Counted from the stretch's first letter, positions 8,909 to 17,318 are shown. The stretch: 27,353 nucleotides of DNA from Thermoproteota archaeon (GCA_037917625.1 JAVCBY010000052.1:1-27353); one strand, 5' to 3'. Notes: generated by a model not told the origin, from the sequence alone. Translations and numbers: made by a program.

Positions 8909-9952
8909 TTGAAGTTCGCCTTCCTCTGCAAGGAGAGGAGGAGCTCCAATGGTATTAGGATAGCTGTTGTAGGGGCTGGAGCGACTGGGCTCTCAGCAAC
9001 TGGTTACTTAGTTTGCAGGGGTTATGAAGTAGATGTATACGATAAGCTCCCCCTACCGGGAGGCCTAATGACTTTCGCCATACCTAAGCACAGGATCCCC
9101 TTAGAGGAAGTGATGGAAGGAGTTGAGGATCTCGAGAGGAACTTCGGGGTCGAATTCAACCTCTCAGTTAAAGTGAGTTGTGGCGATGGTACTGATGAGT
9201 GCGATGATTTCGTGAAGAGGAGGATAGATCTTCAGGAGCTATCTGAGGATTACAAAGCTTTACTGATAGCTACAGGGACTTGGAAGTCTAAGAACTTAGG
9301 TTTAGATGGGGAGGATGCTAAGAACGTTTACACAGCTATAGATTACCTCATGAAGCTTCACCTCCGCATCCTCGGGCTGGGAGGGGAGGAGATGATTTTG
9401 GGGAGGGTCTTGGTGATCGGAGGAGGGCTCAGCGCTATAGATGCTGCTGATGAGAGCATCAATTATGGGGCTAATGAGGTCTTCTTAGTCTACAGGAGGA
9501 CTAGGAAGGAAGCTCCAGCAGGGGAGTGGGAGATGAGGAGAGTGGAGGAGAGAGGAGTTAAGATAGTGGAGCTAGCCTCTCCTAAGAGGTTTATCGTTGA
9601 GAATGGACTCGTTAGAGCTGTTGAGTTCCAGAAGATGAGGCTAGCTGAACTCGATGAGACAGGGAGGCCGAGACCAATCCCTATAGAGGGTAGCGAATTT
9701 CTCTTAGAGGTTGATACCGTAGTGAAAGCTATAGGGGAGGTACCGACGCCCCCTATATACAGTGGGTGCGAGCTATCGAATTTCTTGAACTACGGGCTGA
9801 GAGTAGATCAGGACTTCAAGTTGGGCGGCAATATATTCGCAGCAGGCGATGTAGTGACCGGACCATCGAAGATAGGTAGAGCAGTGAAGCAGGGACTTCA
9901 AGCAGCTAGTAAGATAGATGAGCTCATATCTAAGGGGAAGATCGGGAGGTGA
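8909..9952 (+). CDS. FAD/NAD(P)H oxidoreductase, GltD/SudA-like, lacking the N-terminal Fe-S domain
   Basis: VVGAGATG (FAD), LLIATGTW, VIGGGLSAIDAA...YRRT (NADPH-type) and IFAAGDVVTGP. Confidence 0.88.
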   Translation: MKFAFLCKERRSSNGIRIAVVGAGATGLSATGYLVCRGYEVDVYDKLPLPGGLMTFAIPKHRIPLEEVMEGVEDLERNFGVEFNLSVKVSCGDGTDECDDFVKRRIDLQELSEDYKALLIATGTWKSKNLGLDGEDAKNVYTAIDYLMKLHLRILGLGGEEMILGRVLVIGGGLSAIDAADESINYGANEVFLVYRRTRKEAPAGEWEMRRVEERGVKIVELASPKRFIVENGLVRAVEFQKMRLAELDETGRPRPIPIEGSEFLLEVDTVVKAIGEVPTPPIYSGCELSNFLNYGLRVDQDFKLGGNIFAAGDVVTGPSKIGRAVKQGLQAASKIDELISKGKIGR

Positions 9953-9956
9953 TCCT

Positions 9957-10427
9957 ATGAAAGCTGAGGAGATATGTGATCTCCTCGGGATAGAAGCTGA
10001 GAAGTGCGATCTTGGGAGGTTATTCAAAGTAGTTGATTACACTAGGTGCATAGATTGTGAGACATGCTTAGTCGTGTGCGAGTTCACTCACGCTGGTAAG
10101 TCCTATGTCAAGCTTCTGAAAACGAAATTGGGGGTGGAAAAACCTTTCTCTTGCTTCCACTGTGAGAACGCTCCTTGCGTTAAAGTATGCAAGAGGGATG
10201 CGATAATAAGGAAGGAGGATGGTGGCCTTTATATAATCCCATCGAAATGCAATAAATGTCTGGATTGCGTCGATGCTTGCCCATTCAAAGTTATAAGGAT
10301 TAGAGGACCTGGAGGCGCTCCTGGGAAGTGCGATCTGTGTGAGCAATTGAGATCTGAGGGATTGGAGCCTGCATGCATAGCTATGTGCCCAAGCGGAGTC
10401 ATAATGTTGAATCCTGTCCGGAGATAA
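9957..10427 (+). CDS. 4x[4Fe-4S] electron-transfer protein (DmsB/CooF/HycB type)
   Basis: CIDCETCLVVC, CFHCENAPCVKVC, CNKCLDCVDAC and KCDLC...PACIAMC. GGAGGTGA precedes the ATG at 9957. Confidence 0.92.
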   Translation: MKAEEICDLLGIEAEKCDLGRLFKVVDYTRCIDCETCLVVCEFTHAGKSYVKLLKTKLGVEKPFSCFHCENAPCVKVCKRDAIIRKEDGGLYIIPSKCNKCLDCVDACPFKVIRIRGPGGAPGKCDLCEQLRSEGLEPACIAMCPSGVIMLNPVRR

Positions 10428-10442
10428 AAATAAGAGGAAGGG

Positions 10443-12338
10443 TCATTCATAGAGTAAGTTCTCCTTTTCCAGCATCTCAGCTACCCAATCGAGTCCCAGC
10501 TCCTTCAGTTTAGCTTTAGTGGGCCTCCCCTTCACCCATCCCCTCTCAGCGTAGTACTCCGATAGCATCTCATTCAGCCTCACTACATGCCCCTGAGAGG
10601 GTCCCTCTGGCATCGGTTCCTCAAGCAATCTCTTAGGAAGCGTATCGTACTCCTCCCCGTCCCCAATTGAGAGAGCGTTGAAAGCTCTCTCAGCGTTATA
10701 TATCCTCTCCCCTATCCTCTCGAACTCATCCACGCTAACATCCCATCCAGTGACTGCGGAGAGTTGAGAAGCGAGGATATCATTGCCATAAGCGAACGTC
10801 ACGAACTTGCAGACTATCAAGCTGTCTATAGTAGCGAATGAGTCCTGGAACTTCTTGACCCACTTGCCCTTTCCAGCGGTCGAGAACCTATCCAATAGCT
10901 CAGGTGTCCCCAAGATCTCAGCAGATATCAAGTATGCCCTCAAGTGGCATCCTCCTCTGTTAGAGGTTGCGTAAGCTAAACCATGACCCTGCACTCCTCT
11001 AGGGTCATATGCAGGCAGCTCCTGCCCCCTAACTACCATAGCTAGCTCAGGAGCTCCGTATTTCTGAGCCAGCCTTAGGGCACCCTCAGCGAGATCATCC
11101 CCTATCCCCGATCTGTAAGCTGTACGCCAAGTGAGCTCTACTAAAGCCTCACCGTTGCCCCAAGAGGCTTTGAGTCCCCTAAGCTTCTCCTGAGGCACCT
11201 TCCCTTTCTCCACTAGTTCCATCAGCGCGCCTATAGTACTGCCCATAGATATAGTATCCAAGCCCAACTCATTGCACAAGTAATTCGCCTTGGAGACGGC
11301 TGCGAGATCATCAGTCCCCGTCTGAGCTCCTAAAGCCCAAACAGTCTCGTACTCAGGCCCTCCTCCCTCTCCCGTGAAGGGAGGCTTCTCTATCCTCGTA
11401 TACCTAGCGCAACTTATCGGGCATCCCCAACAAGTCTCCTCCTCCTGCTTCTTCCAATCCATTATCTCCTCAGCTATCCTCTCCCCGCTTATCCTCTCAG
11501 CTGTCTGGAATACGCCAGTCTGGAAGTTCCTGGTGGGAAAGATCCCATGCTGATTTATTACATTAACTAGAACAGCTGTCCCATACTTCGGAAGTGCTTG
11601 AGCTGTCACAGGAGCTTTCTTTATTATATCAATTGATTTCTCCGATACCTCCTCAAATACATCCTCCTTAGCGACGCTAGGTGTCATATGGCCTCTAACA
11701 GCTATTGCCTTGAGCTTCTTAGATCCCCAGACAGCTCCATGTCCCCCTCTACCCGCTGCTCTAGATTTATCGTTTATGAGAGAAGCTATCCTAGAGAGGT
11801 TCTCACCAGCTGGCCCTATAGTGAGGACCTTTATCTCCTTAGCTTCCTCAACCCCTATCTCAGGAGCTAGTTCCTCCTTTATCGCATCAGTCGTGGCGTG
11901 AGTGTCCTTGCCCCATAAGTGCCTCGCATCCCTAAGCTCAGCTTCCCCATCGTGAACCCACAGGTAGACTGGCTTCTCTGAAGCTCCCTCTATTATAATA
12001 GCATCGAATCCAGCGAACTTGAGCTCAGGGCCGAACTTCCCACCGCTCTGGGCATCATGAATCGTGTTAGTGAGTGGAGCCTTAGTTACGGAGCACCACC
12101 TACCTGATGATGGGACCCCATTGATGCCTGTGAGGGGTCCAGTGGCTACTATAGCTTTGTTCGATGGGCTCAGCGGATCTACCTTGGGATCAACTTCCTT
12201 GAGCATGTAGTAAACTCCTAAGCCCCTACCTCCCAACCAAGCCCTCAATATGTCATCAGGTGGCAGCGGCTCCTTAGTCACCTTACCCTCCGTCAGGTTC
12301 AACCTCAATACACTACCGATATAGCCGCCAGGGGCCAT
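10443..12338 (-). CDS. aor: Tungsten-containing aldehyde:ferredoxin oxidoreductase
   Basis: LGGRGLG, AAGRGGHGAVWGSKKLKAIA, Fe-S motif CWGCPISC, GPEYET, NELGLDTIS, YDPRG and SNRGGCH. Confidence 0.95.
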   Translation of the reverse strand: MAPGGYIGSVLRLNLTEGKVTKEPLPPDDILRAWLGGRGLGVYYMLKEVDPKVDPLSPSNKAIVATGPLTGINGVPSSGRWCSVTKAPLTNTIHDAQSGGKFGPELKFAGFDAIIIEGASEKPVYLWVHDGEAELRDARHLWGKDTHATTDAIKEELAPEIGVEEAKEIKVLTIGPAGENLSRIASLINDKSRAAGRGGHGAVWGSKKLKAIAVRGHMTPSVAKEDVFEEVSEKSIDIIKKAPVTAQALPKYGTAVLVNVINQHGIFPTRNFQTGVFQTAERISGERIAEEIMDWKKQEEETCWGCPISCARYTRIEKPPFTGEGGGPEYETVWALGAQTGTDDLAAVSKANYLCNELGLDTISMGSTIGALMELVEKGKVPQEKLRGLKASWGNGEALVELTWRTAYRSGIGDDLAEGALRLAQKYGAPELAMVVRGQELPAYDPRGVQGHGLAYATSNRGGCHLRAYLISAEILGTPELLDRFSTAGKGKWVKKFQDSFATIDSLIVCKFVTFAYGNDILASQLSAVTGWDVSVDEFERIGERIYNAERAFNALSIGDGEEYDTLPKRLLEEPMPEGPSQGHVVRLNEMLSEYYAERGWVKGRPTKAKLKELGLDWVAEMLEKENLLYE

Positions 12339-12424
12339 GATCCCCCAAATTTTCAGGAGGTTTTACTAATAAGCTTTTTGGGTAAAACTTTTTATTCTGT
12401 TACTGTTAAAACTCGATAGGTGAT

Positions 12425-13531
12425 ATGTATTTGGGAGAGAAATTTAAATATGGGGATTGGGAATTATCTCTGAGTCCAGATTCCCATCCTCGGATCTTGA
12501 TGGTGGAAATATCAACAAATTGTAATTATAGCTGTGTACATTGCTTTAGAAATGCCGTTTCTGGTTTTAAAAAATGCGATATGAGTTACGGTACCTTCGA
12601 ACTCATCCTGAGGGGAGGGAAGGAAGCTGAAGTGAGCAAGTTAGTCCTCTCAGGTTGGGGTGAGCCCTCATCAAACTCAAGAATGATTGAGATGCTCAGA
12701 GCCGCTAAGGAGCTGGGATTCATAGTATCCTTGAATACGAACGGCTCCACTCTAGAGGATATAGCTGAGGAACTCGTTGAGTTAGGAGTAGATGAGGTCT
12801 TCGTTAGCATAGACGCTTACGATATCAAGCTTTATAGTGATATAAGGAAGCTGGGAGATCTTCCAAAAGTTATGAGCGGGCTGAAGAAGCTTCTAAAACT
12901 TAAAATAGAGAATGGGAGCGTTAAACCTCAGGTAAATGCGATATTCACTATCACTAAGCTCAATATAAGTGAGGTGAGCAGATCCGTTGAGTTAGCTGGG
13001 GCCTTGGGCATAAGCGAGATCAGGTTCAGCAACTACATACACTATCCAGGGGGAGCTGACCTCAGCTGCATGAATGATGAAGATTGCCTTGAGGAGCTCA
13101 AGAAGGAGCTAGATTTAGTCCCCTTGAAGATTCTTGAGTTTGGAGTGAAAGTGATGATGCCAAATTTATCCCCAAAAACTTATAGATCTTGTCCCTTCTT
13201 CTCTAACAGGGCCTTATTCATCAAGTGCGATGGCCTCGTATCTCCCTGCTTATATTACTCCAGGAACTGGAGGACTGAGGTCTTGGGAGTGGAGAGGAAG
13301 ATAAATGAAGTGATCCTCGGAGATATAAAACGAGAAAGCCTCATAGATATATGGAGGAGATCTTATAAAATGTTCTTCAGGCTCTACTTCTCTAGACTCC
13401 CCTCCTGTTTAGATTGCAACCTCGTGGATTATTGCTTGATCACTAGGAGCAACGAATCTGATTGCTGGGGGAATAAACCCTCATGTTCGCACTGCCCTTA
13501 CTTACACGGACTCTCATACTGTCCTCTCTGA
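12425..13531 (+). CDS. Tungsten-cofactor oxidoreductase radical SAM maturase (TIGR04317-like)
   Basis: CNYSCVHC, SGWGEP and a Cys-rich tail PSCLDC...DCWGNKPSCSHC. It is divergent from aor. Confidence 0.85.
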   Translation: MYLGEKFKYGDWELSLSPDSHPRILMVEISTNCNYSCVHCFRNAVSGFKKCDMSYGTFELILRGGKEAEVSKLVLSGWGEPSSNSRMIEMLRAAKELGFIVSLNTNGSTLEDIAEELVELGVDEVFVSIDAYDIKLYSDIRKLGDLPKVMSGLKKLLKLKIENGSVKPQVNAIFTITKLNISEVSRSVELAGALGISEIRFSNYIHYPGGADLSCMNDEDCLEELKKELDLVPLKILEFGVKVMMPNLSPKTYRSCPFFSNRALFIKCDGLVSPCLYYSRNWRTEVLGVERKINEVILGDIKRESLIDIWRRSYKMFFRLYFSRLPSCLDCNLVDYCLITRSNESDCWGNKPSCSHCPYLHGLSYCPL

Positions 13532-13583
13532 CTTAGCCCTCACGCTCCGAACGAATATAAGTGAGGTGAACCGATCCCACTAG

Positions 13584-13844
13584 ATGGTAGAGGTAAGGGT
13601 GTACGTGACGCTCAGGGAGAAGCTCGGGTGGAAGAGTAAAGTTATTAACCTAAGGAGAGAAAAAATGAAATTTTCAGAACTTCTAGATGAGCTGAAGGAT
13701 CTAAAGGGGGTGCTTGAAGACCTCGGATATGAGAATTTTATGATATTGCTCAACGGGAGGAACATAAGGCTCCTAGATTGGCTTGATACCGAGGTAGAGG
13801 AAGGGGATTCCATAGATATCTTCCCACCGGCTGGGGGAGGGTAG
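13584..13844 (+). CDS. moaD: MoaD/ThiS/SAMP ubiquitin-like sulfur carrier
   Basis: ILLNGRNI...EGDSIDIFPPAGGG with a C-terminal diglycine, in an AOR context. Confidence 0.88.
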   Translation: MVEVRVYVTLREKLGWKSKVINLRREKMKFSELLDELKDLKGVLEDLGYENFMILLNGRNIRLLDWLDTEVEEGDSIDIFPPAGGG

Positions 13845-14215
13845 GAGCTTCCAATTAATCTCTCTCATCAAAGTCAGGGTAGCATAAGTTCCTCATCGTG
13901 TATTAGGAGTCTCCTAAGCAGTATAAGGTGCTCCTCCACTCTCGTTATCGTTGATGGGATGGGCCTAACCCCTGGAGCTGCCTCAGTGAGCTAGAAATAG
14001 TGGAGAATAGCTTACCCTCAATAGTCTCTAGTAGCTATCTGGGAAAGGTTTATGGGCTTTTACCTCACTCATCAAACTCATTTCCTCGGAATTTAGGGAT
14101 TTTACGCTCCTCGACAGTCCTCAGGATATCAGCATCTGTTGTAAGGGGGAGCGCATCCCTAACTATGCACTGAACAGCAACTAAGGCATCGAAGTAATCT
14201 AATCCCCCTCCTCAT

Positions 14216-14262
14216 CTAGTCGCCTCGAGGAAACCCACTGGCTTTAGCCATGGGTAGTTGAC
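14216..14262 (+). mobile_element. 47-bp IS200/IS605-type remnant with a single hairpin
   Basis: Bulged 21-nt hairpin CCCA-C-TGGCT-TT-AGCCA-TGGG at 14234-14254, ending TAGTTGAC. Inserted 3' of TCAT with no target duplication. Confidence 0.8.
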
Positions 14263-14518
14263 AGAGCATGGTAGCTGTGAAGAAGTCCAGCGGTATCAGG
14301 ACCTCAATAGAATCCCTCGGAATTATCCGCTCCATGATGGACCATGTTCTCCTTCTCTCATCTGGGCTAAAGCCTCTGAATTTCATTAGGAGATCTAGCT
14401 CAATGAGAGCTGCTTGAGAGACCCTCCTCATGCTAAGATCGTTGATGATCTCCAGAGCTTCCTCATGTCTCGGATCATCTGGGTTGAGATAAGCGATTAA
14501 GTAAACTGTGTCAATTAT

Positions 14519-14755
14519 TAAAGTTTTCGCCAGAAAACCCACGCCATTCATGGGTGGGATGAATACGAAAATTTAAAAATTAGAGAGCTCAAGCAGTTTG
14601 GGATGTTCCCATGAACTCAATGATAATAGCCCATAGGGTAATGAGCTCTATGGGATGGGGGAGCTGTGACACCCCCGAACTCCCAGAGGTGGCTAGATGC
14701 ATAAAGCACTAGCCGAACGGGAGAAGCCCACACGCTTCAGCGGTGGGAGTGTCAC
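14519..14755 (+). mobile_element. 237-bp non-autonomous IS200/IS605-family element (MITE/PATE-like)
   Basis: Left hairpin at 14538-14558, right hairpin at 14727-14747, 3' end TCAC. Inserted 3' of TTAT with no duplication. Excision restores both the vapB stop and the vapC start. Confidence 0.9.
14566..14578 (+). promoter_or_regulatory. BRE/TATA-like promoter inside the element
   Basis: CGAAAA-TTTAAAA, about 25 nt upstream of a vestigial ATG TTC CCA TGA at 14603. Confidence 0.55.
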
Positions 14756-14775
14756 CTCCACTCTCCCTCACCATC
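14630..14775 (+). ncRNA. Putative TnpB omegaRNA (reRNA) scaffold plus flanking guide
   Basis: Four consecutive stem-loops, and loop GTGACAC (14666-14672) is complementary to the terminal GTGTCAC (14749-14755). The guide would start at 14756. Both RNA ends are estimated. Confidence 0.65.
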
Positions 14776-15005
14776 TTGAGCAACATGATTGATGCCTCAT
14801 GATCCTCCTCTCTCCAACCAGCGAATTTCCTCCTGAATATCTCAGCGATGCTATTAAGTTCTTTCTCCAAGGGGAAAGCTTCTAGATATCCTTTCTCTTT
14901 TATCCTGAGGACCAGCCGAGATCCCTTCTTCAGCCCGAGCTTCCTCCTCACATCGAGTGGCAGGAGAATTCTCCCACGATCATCTATCTTTACCACATAA
15001 CTCAT
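14709..15005 (-). CDS. vapB: AbrB/MazE/SpoVT-family antitoxin with an element-derived C-terminus
   Basis: VKIDDRGRILLPLDVRRKLGLKKGSRL. The native end is reconstructed as ESGDN*; it now reads ESGGDTPTAEACGLLPFG*. Confidence 0.9.
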   Translation of the reverse strand: MSYVVKIDDRGRILLPLDVRRKLGLKKGSRLVLRIKEKGYLEAFPLEKELNSIAEIFRRKFAGWREEDHEASIMLLKMVRESGGDTPTAEACGLLPFG

Positions 15006-15464
15006 TATCTCCCCTTTATTCTTGTGGGTACCAATAAAAATTTCCCATCGTAATGCATCTCCTCCTTCATAGAGGAATAGGGCCTCCTTAGTGCATCAGT
15101 CCAAAAGGCAGAGAGCTGAGGGATATTCCTCCACTCAACAGGATTCGATCCGAACTTAAGAGGAAAATCAGGACTTCAGGATTATTTAGCTAAATTGGAA
15201 GATCAGCTGGAAATGATAGATGAGGGCAGGAGTTAATGTAAGAGTGAAGGAAAAGTTGAGATTGAAATATGGAAGAAATACGTTCAACGCGAACATTTTA
15301 ATAGAATAGGAATTATGGTAGGCTGTTTTGGGCACTATTAGAGAGCTGCCGGTTCTGAGAGCTTCTTATCTCTTACAACCTCGGGCTCGGTGCCTCCCGA
15401 TCATGGAAACAAATGGAAGACACTCCGGAAAGATATGCTTCTATCTGTCAGCGAGCTCGGACCA

Positions 15465-16595
15465 CTAGGATAAACTCTTGATAGCTTCAGCTAAGCGATC
15501 AGAAGCCTCCTCAATATCTTCGTAATCGTTGTAGAGGTGGATGGAGAACCTGATAAACCCTCTCCTCACGCTAGCGATGAGCCTCCTCATCCCCTTCTCC
15601 ATTATCTTAAGGAGATCGTATGGCCTATTTGCTTCTATAGTCACTATAGGCCCCTTCTGCGGTGTCACGATCTTTATCCCCTCTATCTCCATGATCCTCT
15701 CCATGAATCTCTCGCTAACCTTCATATCGTGCTCATAAATGGAATCTATCCCTATCTCGAGCAAGTACTCGATAGACTTAGCTAAGCCCACTTTCGAATC
15801 GTAAGAGCTAGTGCCATACTCGAACTTCTTCGCTCCCCTAGCATACCTCACGCTGGAGGAGTCGAGAGACCACGTATCTTCAACGGATCGCCAGCCTACT
15901 ATACCTGGCTCAAGCTCGTCCGATAGCTCCTCCCTTATGTAAGCTGCAGCAGCTCCCATAGGGCCTAGGAGCCACTTATAGCCCCCGAAGACGTAAAAAT
16001 CAACATCTAGTGCCTTTACATCAATAGGAATGCAGCCAGCTGCTTGTATTCCATCAACGATGAGTAGGGAGCCTACTTCATGAGCCCTCTCAGCTATCTC
16101 CCTCAAATTTAACCTCTGGCCGGTTAAAAACTCTACATGACTCAAACAAACTGCTCTAACTCCATCAACTATCCTCTTCAAGAGCTCATCTTCATCCACT
16201 AGGAGCTCAGCTTTTAGGAGCTCTAAGCTCCAACCCTTCTCCTTCCCTACTCTTATCCATGGGTATATGAGGGATGGGAACTCTAAGCTCGTCGAGATTA
16301 TCTTTCCTCCCCCTCTCAAAGCCCAAGCTAGTGAATTTATGGCCTCAGTGACGCTACTGAATATAGCTACATCATCTTCATTGCACTTCATCAGCTTGGA
16401 GGAAGCTCTCCTGAGCTCCTCGAAAATACTCTCCTCCATATCCTCATCGAGATAAGCTGAACCCTCACTCATAACCCTCTCGGAGAAATCCCTAACGGCC
16501 TCTATCGTTCTCCTCGGGACCAAACCTATGCTGGCCGTGTTCAGATATATGTACCTCTCCAGGGACGGGAATTCCCGAAGTAGGTCCTTTCTCAA
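15465..16595 (-). CDS. Class V PLP-dependent aminotransferase/lyase family protein
   Basis: YLNTASIG, LEFPS, VDGIQAAG, GGYKWLLGP (PLP Lys) and IRFSIHLYN. No desulfurase Cys loop. Confidence 0.88.
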   Translation of the reverse strand: MRKDLLREFPSLERYIYLNTASIGLVPRRTIEAVRDFSERVMSEGSAYLDEDMEESIFEELRRASSKLMKCNEDDVAIFSSVTEAINSLAWALRGGGKIISTSLEFPSLIYPWIRVGKEKGWSLELLKAELLVDEDELLKRIVDGVRAVCLSHVEFLTGQRLNLREIAERAHEVGSLLIVDGIQAAGCIPIDVKALDVDFYVFGGYKWLLGPMGAAAAYIREELSDELEPGIVGWRSVEDTWSLDSSSVRYARGAKKFEYGTSSYDSKVGLAKSIEYLLEIGIDSIYEHDMKVSERFMERIMEIEGIKIVTPQKGPIVTIEANRPYDLLKIMEKGMRRLIASVRRGFIRFSIHLYNDYEDIEEASDRLAEAIKSLS

Positions 16596-16724
16596 GAGGA
16601 CCCCTCACGCATTAAGCTGGGAAAAATTTAATTATGCCGGACCGTCAGAACGGATTCATGAATGACCCAAAAATATATTGGGAGATGATAATTTACTGTT
16701 TTAGCTAAAATCCAAGTTATTAAA

Positions 16725-17318
16725 TTATTTTAGCACTAATTCGCCGATGAACCACTCATGCACTTTACTCGTCACTAGCTCGGGGTGGAACGTTAACGCT
16801 ACCATATTATCCTGAATAACAGCGGGATAGGTCCCATTGAGTTCAGAGAGAGCTTTTGCCTTACCCCAAATCCTGACTATAGCTGGGGCCCTTATGAAGA
16901 CGGCTCTCACTCTCCCTATCCCATCTAACTCGAGATCTATCTCGAAGGATTCCCTCTGTCTCCCATAGTAGTTCCTGATGACTGTAATATCCATCAATCC
17001 TAATACACCTTGGCCCGTCTCACCTACAACTCTATCCTTGACTTCCTTCGCCATGAATATAGCGCCAGCGCATGTCCCCATGGCGGGAAGGCCATTTAAG
17101 ATCTCATCCCTCAACGCTAGCATCAACTCGCCTTGGGATAGCTTCCATATGGTAGTAGATTCCCCTCCAGGTATCAAGATCCCCGAGAGGTCGTGGAGGT
17201 CACTAGGCCTCTTGACCCTCACGATATCTACTTCACAGCCCAAAGATCTTGAAGAATCCCTGATAGCCTGCTCATGCTCCTCAATATCACCCTGAAGGGC
17301 TAAAATCCCTACCTTCAT
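16725..17318 (-). CDS. pdxT: PLP synthase glutaminase subunit
   Basis: GILALQGDIEEH, PGGESTT, GTCAG, RNYYGRQRESF, FIRAP and FHPEL. Confidence 0.97.
   Translation of the reverse strand: MKVGILALQGDIEEHEQAIRDSSRSLGCEVDIVRVKRPSDLHDLSGILIPGGESTTIWKLSQGELMLALRDEILNGLPAMGTCAGAIFMAKEVKDRVVGETGQGVLGLMDITVIRNYYGRQRESFEIDLELDGIGRVRAVFIRAPAIVRIWGKAKALSELNGTYPAVIQDNMVALTFHPELVTSKVHEWFIGELVLK

Larger units (their letters stand above)
14065..14761 (-). pseudogene. vapC: VapC (PIN) toxin interrupted by two insertions and a 1-nt frameshift
   Basis: Removing 14519-14755 and 14216-14262 and adding one base to the C5 run at 14204-14208 gives MEIIDTVYLIAYL...ALIELD...ATMLYEEGGLDYFDALVA...LTTDADIL...FDE*, with the PIN acidic residues in place. 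Confidence 0.88.

Noticed and set aside
12425-12590. AT-richer 5' part of the maturase gene as a recombination patch
   Set aside because: Similar AT-rich 5' segments occur in other genes here (about 8330-8450 and 21000-21080), and I cannot quantify the difference.
14216-14551. 111-aa ORF as an intact gene
   Set aside because: It is a chimera: MNGVGFLAKTL and CQLPMAKASGFPRGD come from the two inserted elements, and only the middle is VapC.
14216-14755. Three similar hairpins as a CRISPR array, or one composite element spanning both insertions
   Set aside because: The spacing is irregular, the repeats are not identical, the DNA between them is vapC coding sequence, and each insertion has its own guide-matched target tetramer.
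15465-16595. Cysteine desulfurase serving MoaD
   Set aside because: The catalytic Cys loop (SACS or RxGxHC type) is absent.
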